Below, piece after piece: positions 1-10,755 of a stretch of DNA of 64,000 bases. The stretch lies in assembly GCA_029979265.1 (NCBI GenBank), contig JAPOHW010000014.1:22552-86551 (forward strand), written 5' to 3'. A program made the position numbers and the translations under genes. The notes under the pieces are model-generated. The model was not told the origin of the DNA. It was given only the letters and a program-made list of their open reading frames with translations, and ran no database searches. The stretch is from Actinomycetota bacterium (lineage in GTDB: Bacteria; Actinomycetota; Acidimicrobiia; Acidimicrobiales; Aldehydirespiratoraceae). The stretch's first letter is position 1; each line of letters starts with the position of its first letter.

Positions 1-62
1 CTGTGACCGGTTCGGCACCGAGCGGGCACTGGCCGAGACGGCATCGTGTGTCGCTGGTTCGG

Positions 63-260
63 TCAGCGGTTGGCTTTCGCAGTGATCGCCCAGAACACGG
101 CGGCCACGATCGCAATCACGATCAAGATGACGCGGAGCGTTCCGAGGACTGTGAGCACGATCCATCGGAGCAACACGACGGCGATCAGCGCCACCACCGC
201 GCCGATGCAGATCCGGGCCGCAGCCGACCGGCCGGTCGATGGGGGCTGCTCCGTCGTCAT
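63..260 (-). CDS. small membrane protein, hypothetical
   Basis: 65 aa with two hydrophobic stretches; TAGAAT -10-like hexamer 6 nt upstream of ATG. Confidence 0.6.
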   Translation of the reverse strand: MTTEQPPSTGRSAAARICIGAVVALIAVVLLRWIVLTVLGTLRVILIVIAIVAAVFWAITAKANR

Positions 261-305
261 GGCCTGATTCTACGACGGTCGGCCAGGCAGGGACCGTCAG
301 GGCTG

Positions 306-509
306 TCAGGCTGCGAAGTCGAAGGGCCGATCCGGTTCGCGCTCGCGTAGTCGGACCAGCGCCGAGGCGACGTGTCGGAGTGCATCGGCGTCGTGGTGGG
401 CCGCCATCGACTGCTCGACCAACCCCCGGACGTCTTGTTCGGGTGTGCCGCTGAGGCAGGCGACGAATTCGCTCAGCCGGTCATGAAGCAGGGCAAGTTC
501 AGCAGGCAT
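306..509 (-). CDS. hypothetical protein (67 aa)
   Basis: ATG at 509 preceded by GGAG; helical-looking sequence MPAELALLHDRL...; no recognised motif. Confidence 0.45.
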   Translation of the reverse strand: MPAELALLHDRLSEFVACLSGTPEQDVRGLVEQSMAAHHDADALRHVASALVRLREREPDRPFDFAA

Positions 510-652
510 GGAACACTCCGGTTGTGAGGGAGACCTGTTGGGATAGTTGTCGTCCCCACATGGCGTCGGCTGAACCATTTTTGCCCCACCCGGTCCGGCA
601 GTCGGACCGGTGCCACGCTCTCGCTCAGTGTGCGTCGATACCATCGTCACCC

Positions 653-925
653 ATGGCCATGGTCAGGATCGCCAACAGTCTGCGGCCGCTCGTGGGTGGA
701 GTGGCCGAGGTCGATGTCGAGGCCGGTGACCTGGGTGCGGTGATCGGGTCGCTCGCAGCAACGTATCCGGGGCTTGCGGAGCGGATCATCGACGAGAGCG
801 GCCGCCTCCACGGCTTCGTCAACGTCTTCGTGGGCGAGGTCGAGTGCCGCACGCTCGACGGTTTGTCGACGCCGATCGATCCTGATGCCGTCGTTGCCGT
901 CGTGCCCGCAGTCGCTGGCGGTTGA
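653..925 (+). CDS. MoaD/ThiS family sulfur-carrier (ubiquitin-like) protein
   Basis: C-terminal PAVAGG, VNVFVG motif, about 90 aa; TACCAT 8 nt before ATG 653. Confidence 0.85.
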   Translation: MAMVRIANSLRPLVGGVAEVDVEAGDLGAVIGSLAATYPGLAERIIDESGRLHGFVNVFVGEVECRTLDGLSTPIDPDAVVAVVPAVAGG

Positions 926-968
926 TCACCGAAACCTGGGTTGCGATTTGGGGGCTACCGCGGTTCAC

Positions 969-2643
<1,675 letters not shown>

Positions 2644-2709
2644 CGCCACCATGCATGCCTGAGGAGTCGGCGGGACCGTTGCGGCCCGGCTCTCCAACGA
2701 ACGAACGCC

Positions 2710-2745
2710 CGGCCCCCGCTTCGTGCGGGGGCCGAGGCCGTTTTG
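2710..2745 (+). terminator. intrinsic terminator after groEL
   Basis: 10-bp stem CGGCCCCCGC/GCGGGGGCCG, loop TTCGT, TTTT shortly after. Confidence 0.75.
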
Positions 2746-2766
2746 TCGGTCGGTTAGGGTTCACAC

Positions 2767-3255
2767 ATGTCGGGTCTTGTGTTGCACCCCTTGAACGCTG
2801 CGCTGATTCCGCTTCTCGGTGAGTGGCAGGGTCCTGGAGAGGGGACGTATCCCACGATCGAGTCGTTCTCGTACGGCGAGACGTTGGTGTTCGGTCATGT
2901 GGGCAAACCGTTCGTGGCGATGAATCAGCGCACGAGTGCCCGTGGATCGGGGTTGCCCCTGCATGCAGAGGCCGGGTACTTCCGCCCCCAGGGCGATGGC
3001 ACGGTCGAATTAGTGGTGAGCCAACCGTCGGGGATCGTCGAAATCCTCACCGGATCGATCACCGAAACCGAAGCCGGAGTCGAGGTCGACATGTCGTCCG
3101 TCGGTGTGCACACCACACCTTCGGCGAAGCTCGTGCGAGAGACCCGCAGACGCTACGTGGCCGAGGGTGACACGCTCACCTGCGATTTCTGGATGGCGGC
3201 GATGGGCGAACCGCTCACCCATCACCTCAGGAGCAGTCTGATCCGCCGGGCATAG
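2767..3255 (+). CDS. FABP-like/nitrobindin (DUF1794) beta-barrel heme-binding protein
   Basis: LLGEWQGPGEGTYPTI, LHAEAGYFR, C-terminal HHLRSSL. Confidence 0.85.
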   Translation: MSGLVLHPLNAALIPLLGEWQGPGEGTYPTIESFSYGETLVFGHVGKPFVAMNQRTSARGSGLPLHAEAGYFRPQGDGTVELVVSQPSGIVEILTGSITETEAGVEVDMSSVGVHTTPSAKLVRETRRRYVAEGDTLTCDFWMAAMGEPLTHHLRSSLIRRA

Positions 3256-4122
3256 TCACGCCGACAGGCGGGGCCGAACGTCGGCTTGGAAACGCTCGAC
3301 CTGGCCGACGGGATCGGGGCCGAACGGGATGAGAACGAGCGAGTCGAGCCCGGTCGTCATCACCGGCTGGAGCGCGGCGACCATCTCGTCGATGTTGTCG
3401 GTGACGGCGACCCAGGGTTGGGCTCCGTCCTCGGACGGTGGCGGCAGTCGGTCGAGATCGCCGAGGTAATAACCGACGAAGACGGCGAGCCGGTGGGGGT
3501 GGCGAGCGGTGCTCGACTGTCGTCCGGTGCTGATCTGATCCTGGGCCCACTCGATGCGTGGCCCGTCGAACCCTTCGGGGAGCAAGGTGCCGTCGGCGAC
3601 CATCCCACTGAGTTCGAGTGACCGTGGACCGGTGACACCCGCCAGGATGGGAGGGACGACCGACGGAGGGAACTCCAACTCCACCCCCCGGATTGTGATG
3701 TACCGACCGGTGTACTCGACGGCCTCACCCCGCAGGATCTGCTGGGTGCATTCGATCGTCTCGCGCAACAGGGTGAGAGGGGACTCGACCTTTTCGCCGA
3801 TCCACTCCATCCAGTGGGGGAGTCCGTGGCCGATGCCACAGTGGAGCCGGCCCGGATACATCCTGGCGAGGGTGGCCCACTCCATGGCCAGCGCTGCCGG
3901 GTTGCGGAACGGTGCCGGTGCGATCCCGTGGCCGAGCACCGGTCGTCCACAGTCGTCGTTGTCGGTCGCCTCGAGGATCGTGCCGAGTTGACTGATACCG
4001 CCCGCCCAGTTGAGATCTTCGATGATCCACAGTTCGTCGACGTGTGGTGCGATCGCTGTCGCTCGTTCCACGAGCTCCTCGGGCGGGATTTCTCGCATGA
4101 GCATGGCCCCGATGTCGGTCAT
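3256..4122 (-). CDS. LLM-class (luciferase-like) flavin-dependent oxidoreductase
   Basis: LWIIED, RNPAALAMEWATL, GPRSLELSGMVADG motifs. Confidence 0.85.
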   Translation of the reverse strand: MTDIGAMLMREIPPEELVERATAIAPHVDELWIIEDLNWAGGISQLGTILEATDNDDCGRPVLGHGIAPAPFRNPAALAMEWATLARMYPGRLHCGIGHGLPHWMEWIGEKVESPLTLLRETIECTQQILRGEAVEYTGRYITIRGVELEFPPSVVPPILAGVTGPRSLELSGMVADGTLLPEGFDGPRIEWAQDQISTGRQSSTARHPHRLAVFVGYYLGDLDRLPPPSEDGAQPWVAVTDNIDEMVAALQPVMTTGLDSLVLIPFGPDPVGQVERFQADVRPRLSA

Positions 4123-4228
4123 GCCCGGACGCTATCGCTCGTCGTCGGACTGCACCGGGGACTCGATCGAGGCCGGGCGGCGGCGCCCGGCGTGCCCGCC
4201 GGCTCGACGGCGGGCGTAGCCTGACCTC

Positions 4229-5020
4229 ATGAGCCCTCGCAAGCGCAGCGAGCAGCGTCTGGTTCGGCCCTGGTCCGCCGACGACCCCACGCGCGGACGA
4301 CGTCCGGTCACCCTTGCCACCGAAGAACCGATGGCGATCGAACTCGACGGCCATCGTGTTGCGACCACGATGCGAACACCGGGCAACGATTTCGAACTCG
4401 CGGTCGGGTTCTGTCACAACGAGGGCCTGCTCGCCGGACACGCGGTGCTCGAGGTGAAGTACTGCGCCAACGGGTCGGCGGCTGCGACCGCATTCAACAT
4501 TGTGAGTGTCTCGACCGGCGGCAAGGCCCCTGAGCCTGCGCCCCGACTCGCCACCACCACCTCGTCATGCGGGTTCTGCGGTACCGACGAGATCGATGAG
4601 CTGGCATCGAAGCTTCCCCCGGTCGTCGGCGAGCAGATCGACTGGGGCGTGCTTGCCGACGCGCCCGACAAGCTCCGTTCGATGCAGGACCTCTTCGGCA
4701 TCACCGGTGCGGTTCACGCCGCCGGCGTGGTCGATCCCGACGGTGGGGTGCAGCTCACCCGCGAAGATGTCGGTCGGCACAATGCGGTCGACAAGCTCGC
4801 CGGTCGCATGTTGCTCGACGGCGATCTACCGGCGACGGGCAGGGCGGTCGTGGTCAGTGGTCGCGCCAGCTTCGAACTGGTGCACAAGGCCTGGGCCGCA
4901 GGCTTTCGCGCGTTGGTGGCGGTCAGCGCGCCGACTGCCCTCGCAGTCGCCACGGCTGAGCGGGCCGGCCTCCAACTCGCAGGGTTCGCTCGTGACGGCT
5001 CGCTCGAGATCTACGTATGA
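4229..5020 (+). CDS. fdhD: formate dehydrogenase accessory sulfurtransferase FdhD
   Basis: EEP...TMRTPG, SSCGFCG, TGAVHAA, REDVGRHNAVDK, VSAPT motifs. Confidence 0.95.
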   Translation: MSPRKRSEQRLVRPWSADDPTRGRRPVTLATEEPMAIELDGHRVATTMRTPGNDFELAVGFCHNEGLLAGHAVLEVKYCANGSAAATAFNIVSVSTGGKAPEPAPRLATTTSSCGFCGTDEIDELASKLPPVVGEQIDWGVLADAPDKLRSMQDLFGITGAVHAAGVVDPDGGVQLTREDVGRHNAVDKLAGRMLLDGDLPATGRAVVVSGRASFELVHKAWAAGFRALVAVSAPTALAVATAERAGLQLAGFARDGSLEIYV

Positions 5021-5820
5021 GCGTCAAGGTCCTCGGTGTGCCCTACGACGTGCACTCGTCCTATCTGCGGGGCCCAGCTGCGGCGCCACCGGCTGTGCGC
5101 GCTGCGTTGCGCAGTGGATCGGCCAACTGGTGCACGGAGGATGGGCGCGATCTCGCCCCCGACGTGAATGCTGACTGGGCTGATCTGGGAGACCTGATTC
5201 TCCCCGACGATGTGCACGAGGCGACGGCGCTGATCCGTGGCGCCGCATGCGACGCGATCGCAGACGGCGCGAAGCTGCTGGCACTCGGCGGTGACCATCT
5301 CGTGACCTGGCCCCTCGTGCAGGCGATGTCGGACCGCCACGACGACATCACGATCGTGCACTTCGACGCACACCCCGATCTCTACGACGAACTCGATGGT
5401 GATCGCTATTCGCACGCGTGTCCGTTTGCCCGGATCATGGAAGAGGGCAGGGTGGCTCGCCTGGTGCAGATGGGGATTCGCACCATGACGCCGCACCAGC
5501 GCGACCAGGCCGATCGGTTCGGTGTCGACGTGCTCGAGGCCCGCAACCCCGGGGCGGTCGTTCCGGCGCTCGAGGGTCCGGTCTATGTCTCGATCGACAT
5601 CGATGTGCTCGACCCCGCCTTTGCTCCCGGCATGTCGCACTTCGAACCCGGCGGCTGGTCGACTCGTCAACTGCTCGACGCGCTGGGCCAGATTGCAACC
5701 CAGGAGCTCGACGTCGTCGGTGCCGACCTGGTGGAGATCAACCCCGACCGTGACGTGCACGGACTCACGGCGATGGTGGGAGCCAAGATCGTTCGTGAAC
5801 TGCTCGGTTTGATGCTCTAA
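5017..5820 (+). CDS. agmatinase/arginase (ureohydrolase) family protein
   Basis: GGDH, DAHPD, SHACPF, DIDVLDP metal motifs; ATGA overlap with fdhD. Confidence 0.9.
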   Translation: MSVKVLGVPYDVHSSYLRGPAAAPPAVRAALRSGSANWCTEDGRDLAPDVNADWADLGDLILPDDVHEATALIRGAACDAIADGAKLLALGGDHLVTWPLVQAMSDRHDDITIVHFDAHPDLYDELDGDRYSHACPFARIMEEGRVARLVQMGIRTMTPHQRDQADRFGVDVLEARNPGAVVPALEGPVYVSIDIDVLDPAFAPGMSHFEPGGWSTRQLLDALGQIATQELDVVGADLVEINPDRDVHGLTAMVGAKIVRELLGLML

Positions 5821-5906
5821 GTGGCCGCTCGGCGCCGCTCTCGACGCGAACTGGGTAGCCTTTTGACGTTCTCGGAATGTCGAGAACGAAACCCTCTGGA
5901 GGATTC

Positions 5907-6686
5907 ATGTCCAAGCGACTGCTGCAGCTTCTTGCCCTGCTGCTCACCCTCGGTCTGTTCGCCGCTGCATGTGGCGACGACGACGGCGGTGAGCTCGGCC
6001 TTGTCACCTCGGGCACGCTCACCGTGTGCACCGATGTTCCCTACCCGCCGATGGAGTTCGAGGACCCGAGCGCCGAAGGTGGTTTCACCGGGTTCGACAT
6101 CGAACTAATGCGCGCCATCGCCGACGATCTCGGTCTCGGCCTTGCGGTTGCGACTCCGGGCTGGGACGCCATCACCAGCGGCCTCGCCACCGAGGCCGGC
6201 GACTGCGACATCTCGGCCGCCTCGATCACGATCACCGAGGAGCGCGAGGAGAACATCGACTTCTCCGAGCCGTACTTCGAAGGCAAGCAGTCGCTGCTGG
6301 TCTCCGACGACAGCTCCGCCGGTACCCTCGCCGATCTCGGTGCAGTGGCCGTCCAGTCGGGAACCACCGGCGAGATCTGGCTGCAGGACAACACCCCGGC
6401 CGGGGTGGAGGTCGTCGCATTCGACGACATCGGTGCGCTGTACCTGGCCCTCGAAGCCGGCGACGTCGACGGCGTCATCACCGACCTCGTCGGAAACCAG
6501 GGCTACGCGGACGACACCGGTGGCGCCATGGTCATCGAGTCGTACGAGACCGGTGAGTTCTACGGCTTCGCTGTCCAGGAAGAGGGCGCCGAGGAACTCC
6601 TCGCTGCCGTCAACGAGTCCTTGGCCAAGCTGCAGGGCAACGGCACGTACGACGACATCTACGCCGAATGGTTCCCGGGCGCCTGA
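5907..6686 (+). CDS. polar amino-acid ABC transporter substrate-binding lipoprotein
   Basis: GGAGGA RBS, lipobox AAAC, YPPMEF, GFDIEL, ITITEERE, QSGTTG. Confidence 0.92.
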   Translation: MSKRLLQLLALLLTLGLFAAACGDDDGGELGLVTSGTLTVCTDVPYPPMEFEDPSAEGGFTGFDIELMRAIADDLGLGLAVATPGWDAITSGLATEAGDCDISAASITITEEREENIDFSEPYFEGKQSLLVSDDSSAGTLADLGAVAVQSGTTGEIWLQDNTPAGVEVVAFDDIGALYLALEAGDVDGVITDLVGNQGYADDTGGAMVIESYETGEFYGFAVQEEGAEELLAAVNESLAKLQGNGTYDDIYAEWFPGA

Positions 6687-6711
6687 GCCTGAACCACGAC
6701 GGTTGATCTGA

Positions 6712-6751
6712 CGAGGGGTCGGGCCGTATGGTCCGGCCCCTCGCACGTTTT
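6712..6751 (+). terminator. intercistronic stem-loop after the SBP gene (partial terminator or mRNA stabiliser)
   Basis: 14-bp stem CGAGGGGTCGGGCC/GGTCCGGCCCCTCG (two G-U pairs), loop GTAT, followed by CACGTTTT. Confidence 0.6.
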
Positions 6752-6757
6752 CGCACC

Positions 6758-7555
6758 ATGACCTCACTCACTCCCCGCCAACGGGCCCGCTACTACCAGA
6801 TTGCGATGTATTCGGCCGCGGCTGTCATCACGGTGGTGGTCGTGTTCGCAGCGGACTGGTCGAAGATCCAGAAGAACTTCTTCAACCCCGAGATCGCAGC
6901 TGAGATGTTCCCCGAGGTCATCACCTCGGCGGTGAAGAACACAGCGCTCTACACGCTGCTGTCGTTCGTGCTCGGCATGGTCCTTGCCCTCGGGTTGGCG
7001 CTGATGCGCCTGTCGAGCCTCAAGGCGTTCCGAGCATTCGCGATTGGATACATCGAACTCTTCCGGGGTCTGCCCGCGTTGATCACCCTGTTGTTCGTGG
7101 GCTTCGGTCTGCCGATTGCGTTCAGTGGATTCCGGATTCCGGGCGGGGTGCTCGGCCGCGGTTCTGTCGGCTTGGCGCTCGTTGCCGGTGCGTACATGGC
7201 CGAGACGATCCGGGCCGGGATCGAGGCTGTCCCCAAAGGTCAGACCGAGGCAGCGCGGTCGCTCGGCATGTCGCAGACGCGCACGATGTTCACGATCATC
7301 CTGCCGCAGGCGTTCCGCATCATCATTCCGCCCCTCACCAACGAACTCGTGCTGTTGATCAAGGACACGTCGCTGTTCTTCATTCTCGGGTCGACCCCCG
7401 GGACCAAGGAACTCACGAAGTTCGCTCGTGACTTCATGAACGCCGAACGCAACGCCACACCGCTCACCGTTGTCGCTGCGCTTTACCTTCTCATCACCCT
7501 GCCGCTCACGTTCCTCGTACGGCGGCTCGAACGATCGGCAGCGAAAGCCCGATGA
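6758..7555 (+). CDS. polar amino-acid ABC transporter permease
   Basis: [30 protein letters not shown] (EAA), LIKDTSL. Confidence 0.93.
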   Translation: MTSLTPRQRARYYQIAMYSAAAVITVVVVFAADWSKIQKNFFNPEIAAEMFPEVITSAVKNTALYTLLSFVLGMVLALGLALMRLSSLKAFRAFAIGYIELFRGLPALITLLFVGFGLPIAFSGFRIPGGVLGRGSVGLALVAGAYMAETIRAGIEAVPKGQTEAARSLGMSQTRTMFTIILPQAFRIIIPPLTNELVLLIKDTSLFFILGSTPGTKELTKFARDFMNAERNATPLTVVAALYLLITLPLTFLVRRLERSAAKAR

Positions 7556-8289
7556 CACACGCCATCGACGTCCGACAACTCCACAAGTCCTTCGGTGATC
7601 TCGAGGTTCTGAAGGGAATCGACTTCACCGTCAATGCCGGTGAGGTGGTTTGCGTACTCGGCCCCTCCGGCTCGGGAAAGTCGACGTTGCTTCGATGCCT
7701 GAACCGACTCGAAGAGTCGAATTCGGGAACGATCCTCATCGATGGTGAGGACATCACCGACATCGATGCCGATGTCGACCAGCTGCGCAGCAATATCGGC
7801 ATGGTCTTCCAGCAGTTCAACCTCTTCCCGCACCTCACGGTGCTGAAGAACCTCACCGTGGCGCAGACCGGCGTGCTCAAGCGACCCAAGGACGAAGCGA
7901 TCGGTATCGCCCGCGAGATGCTCGACCGGGTCGGCCTGTCCGACAAGATTCACGAGTATCCGGCTCACCTGTCGGGCGGTCAGGCACAGCGGGTCGCCAT
8001 CGCCCGCGCCCTCAGCATGAAGCCGAAGATGATGCTGTTCGACGAGCCCACATCTGCGCTCGATCCCGAACTCGTGGGCGAGGTGCTCGATGTCATGCGC
8101 ACGCTCGCCGGTGAGGGCATGACGATGATGGTCGTCACCCATGAGATCGGCTTCGCTCAGGAAGTGGCCGACCGTGTCGTCTTCATGGATGACGGGGTTG
8201 TGGTCGAGGAGGGCAGCCCGGAAGCGGTGCTGCGCAACCCGAACGAGGAACGCACGAAACAGTTCCTTCGCATGGTGCTCGAGACCTGA
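7552..8289 (+). CDS. polar amino-acid ABC transporter ATP-binding protein (GlnQ-like)
   Basis: [25 protein letters not shown]. Confidence 0.95.
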   Translation: MTHAIDVRQLHKSFGDLEVLKGIDFTVNAGEVVCVLGPSGSGKSTLLRCLNRLEESNSGTILIDGEDITDIDADVDQLRSNIGMVFQQFNLFPHLTVLKNLTVAQTGVLKRPKDEAIGIAREMLDRVGLSDKIHEYPAHLSGGQAQRVAIARALSMKPKMMLFDEPTSALDPELVGEVLDVMRTLAGEGMTMMVVTHEIGFAQEVADRVVFMDDGVVVEEGSPEAVLRNPNEERTKQFLRMVLET

Positions 8290-8292
8290 TCG

Positions 8293-9075
8293 ATGCCGAG
8301 CCCGATCCGATTCCGCCAGGCCCTCGTGCGGCCTCCCACGCCGAGCGTCGTCGACGGGTTGCGCGCGGTTGACGGGCCCGACCCCGACTATGCGCGTTTC
8401 GTCGACGAGCACGCGTCGTACGTCGCTGTGCTCCAAGCCGCCGGTGTGGTCGTGGAGGCCATGGCCGAGTTGCCCGGGCACCCCGACGCAGTGTTCGTCG
8501 AGGATGCGGCGCTGTGTATCGGTCCTCTCGCCGTCGTGCTGCGGCCTGGCGCTCCGAGCCGAGCGGGAGAGGCCGACGCGATCGTTGGCGACCTCGAGGC
8601 CCGCTTCCCTACGGTCGGCCGAGTCTCGGAGGGCTTCGTCGATGGAGGCGACGTCCTCGTCACCGCCACCGAGGTGTTGATCGGTCTGTCGGCCCGTACC
8701 GACCGAACCGGTGCCGAGGCACTGCTGGCGGCGCTGGCGCCGACCGGACTTGCGGTCCGGATCGTCGAGACGCCGAGTGACGTCCTGCACTTCAAAACCG
8801 ACTGTGCGATCGTCGACGAGCACACGATCTTCTCGACCGGTCGACTCGCCGCCAGTGGCTGTTTCGACGGCTACGACGTCATCGTCTGTCCCTCCGGCGA
8901 GGAAGCAGCCGCCAACCTGGTACGAGTGAACGATGTCGTGATGATGCGAACCGGATTCCCCGCCACCGAGGGGATCCTCACGAAGGCGGGGTATGACGTC
9001 GTGACCGTCGAGGCCGACGAAGCCGCCCGTGTCGATGGGGGGCTCTCGTGCATGTCCCTCCGATGCAACTGGTAG
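8293..9075 (+). CDS. dimethylarginine dimethylaminohydrolase (amidinotransferase superfamily)
   Basis: PDAVFVED, RPGAPSRAGE, DGGD, LHFKT, C-terminal DGGLSCMS catalytic Cys. Confidence 0.88.
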   Translation: MPSPIRFRQALVRPPTPSVVDGLRAVDGPDPDYARFVDEHASYVAVLQAAGVVVEAMAELPGHPDAVFVEDAALCIGPLAVVLRPGAPSRAGEADAIVGDLEARFPTVGRVSEGFVDGGDVLVTATEVLIGLSARTDRTGAEALLAALAPTGLAVRIVETPSDVLHFKTDCAIVDEHTIFSTGRLAASGCFDGYDVIVCPSGEEAAANLVRVNDVVMMRTGFPATEGILTKAGYDVVTVEADEAARVDGGLSCMSLRCNW

Positions 9076-9076
9076 C

Positions 9077-9784
9077 TCAGACGGCGTAGCGGAGAAGTCG
9101 CTCGTACAGCGGTAGCGCTGTCTCGAGGATTGGACCGAGACGATCGGGCACCGGATGGTCGGACGGCGGACGCGAGGCGAAGCCGGTGGTCTGGTGAACG
9201 CTGTGGTACCAGTGTTTGGCCCACACCCCATCCTCTGGTTTGGGACCGGCGGGCCAGGACAGCACGGTCGGGTCGAAGGTGAGGCCGAGTTCGGCACACA
9301 CGGTGCCGAGCACACCGGCGGGGTCGGCCAAGAGCCGTTGGGAGTCGATCACGATCGGTGTGCCCCCCTCGGCCAGGACGGCATCGAGCAACTCGACGCT
9401 TTCGGTCAGGCCGGTGTCGGCAAGCGTGCAACCGGGAAGCTGGATCGACAGCGACGCCAACATCTGCACCGGGTCTCGCGTGAGCAGCAGGTTTTCGCAC
9501 CGGGCGAGGTGGGAGCGATCGACCCCCTTGAGGTGATGCGCCATCTGCTTGACGTAGACGTGGGGCGTCGGGTGATCGCCGAAGATCACGTTTTCGATCA
9601 CATCGTTCGGATCGGTCGACTGGCTGGCGATGACCTCGTCGGTGCCGGGGTGCCCACGGGTGTCGAGTGTCATGTTGAAGGCGTAGAACGGCTCGTCGAG
9701 CACGGTGAAATCGGATCGCTCCCGCCACGAATACATCAGGGCGGTCGAGATGTTGCGCGGTCCTGACCAGCACTGGATGATCAT
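9077..9784 (-). CDS. sulfotransferase-like (Sulfotransfer_5-type) P-loop protein
   Basis: WSGPRNISTALMYSW, DEPFY, KQMAHH, DGVWAKHWY motifs. Confidence 0.8.
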   Translation of the reverse strand: MIIQCWSGPRNISTALMYSWRERSDFTVLDEPFYAFNMTLDTRGHPGTDEVIASQSTDPNDVIENVIFGDHPTPHVYVKQMAHHLKGVDRSHLARCENLLLTRDPVQMLASLSIQLPGCTLADTGLTESVELLDAVLAEGGTPIVIDSQRLLADPAGVLGTVCAELGLTFDPTVLSWPAGPKPEDGVWAKHWYHSVHQTTGFASRPPSDHPVPDRLGPILETALPLYERLLRYAV

Positions 9785-9824
9785 TGCCGAGCACCGTACG
9801 GGCCGACAGCAGCAGCTCCCGGGG

Positions 9825-10745
9825 TCATGAGCGATCGCTCACGTCGGCTTCGATCTCGGCTTCGTAGAGTTCGCGAAGCCGGACCGTCAGTGGGCCCTGT
9901 TCGCCGGTGCCGATCGTGCGGCCGTCGACGGTGTGCACCGGGGTGAGCCCTCCGAACGTGCCGGTCACGAATGCCTCGTCGGCCGCGTACACGTCGGTCA
10001 ACGAGAACGGTGCCCGATGCACCGGGATGCCAGCAGCCTCGGCCACCTCACACACCAGCGCCGAGGTGATGCCGTTGAGGTTGTATTGGCCCGTCGCCGT
10101 CCAGACCTCACCCGATCGGATCACGAAGAAGTTGGTGGCGTTGCACGTCGCAACCGCACCGGTCGGGTCGAGCATCAGGGCCTCGTCGGCGCCGGCGTGG
10201 GTCGCCTGGATCAAGGCGATGACCTCGTGGAGCTTGCTGTGGCAGTTGAGCTTCTGATCGAGCGTGTCGGGTGGCGGTCGACGCACGGTGGCGGTGAAGA
10301 GGGAGATGCCGCGGTCGCGCACATCGGGATCGGCGGCCTTGTGTTCGGCGATGATCACCATGTTCGGGCCGCCGATGTTGTTCGACGGATGTTGACTCGG
10401 TGTTTTCTTGTCACCGCGGGTCACCATCAGGCGGACGTGCACCAGGTCGTCCATGCCGTTGCGGTCGACCGTTGCCCGCAACGCCGCCTCGACCCCTGCC
10501 CGGTCCATCCCGATGTCGAGATCGATGGCGGCGGCGCCGGCGAAGAGCCGATCGAGATGACGGTCGAGATGGGCGAAGCGGCCGTGGTGCAGCCGGATGC
10601 CTTCCCACACCCCGTCACCGACGAGGAAACCGGAATCGAAGACCGAGATCTTTGCCTCATGGCGGGGGAAGAACTCCCCGTTGATGTAGATCTCGATCGT
10701 CTCGTTGCGCTCGTCGGCGAGCGCCTGATGTGTGCTGCGGGCCAT
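9825..10745 (-). CDS. class IV PLP aminotransferase (D-amino-acid/BCAT-like)
   Basis: SVFDSGFLVGDGVWEG, HLDRL, GADEALMLD, GIT, ADEAFVTGT; start reassigned to ATG 10745 (TAACGT 7 nt upstream). Confidence 0.9.
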   Translation of the reverse strand: MARSTHQALADERNETIEIYINGEFFPRHEAKISVFDSGFLVGDGVWEGIRLHHGRFAHLDRHLDRLFAGAAAIDLDIGMDRAGVEAALRATVDRNGMDDLVHVRLMVTRGDKKTPSQHPSNNIGGPNMVIIAEHKAADPDVRDRGISLFTATVRRPPPDTLDQKLNCHSKLHEVIALIQATHAGADEALMLDPTGAVATCNATNFFVIRSGEVWTATGQYNLNGITSALVCEVAEAAGIPVHRAPFSLTDVYAADEAFVTGTFGGLTPVHTVDGRTIGTGEQGPLTVRLRELYEAEIEADVSDRS

Positions 10746-10755
10746 GGCCGCCACG

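Noticed and set aside
653-925. MoaD/ThiS and PAC2 as a ubiquitin-like degradation system
   Set aside because: They are 33 kb apart with no E1 or JAMM gene nearby; a ThiS-like gene near groEL2 is a familiar actinobacterial arrangement
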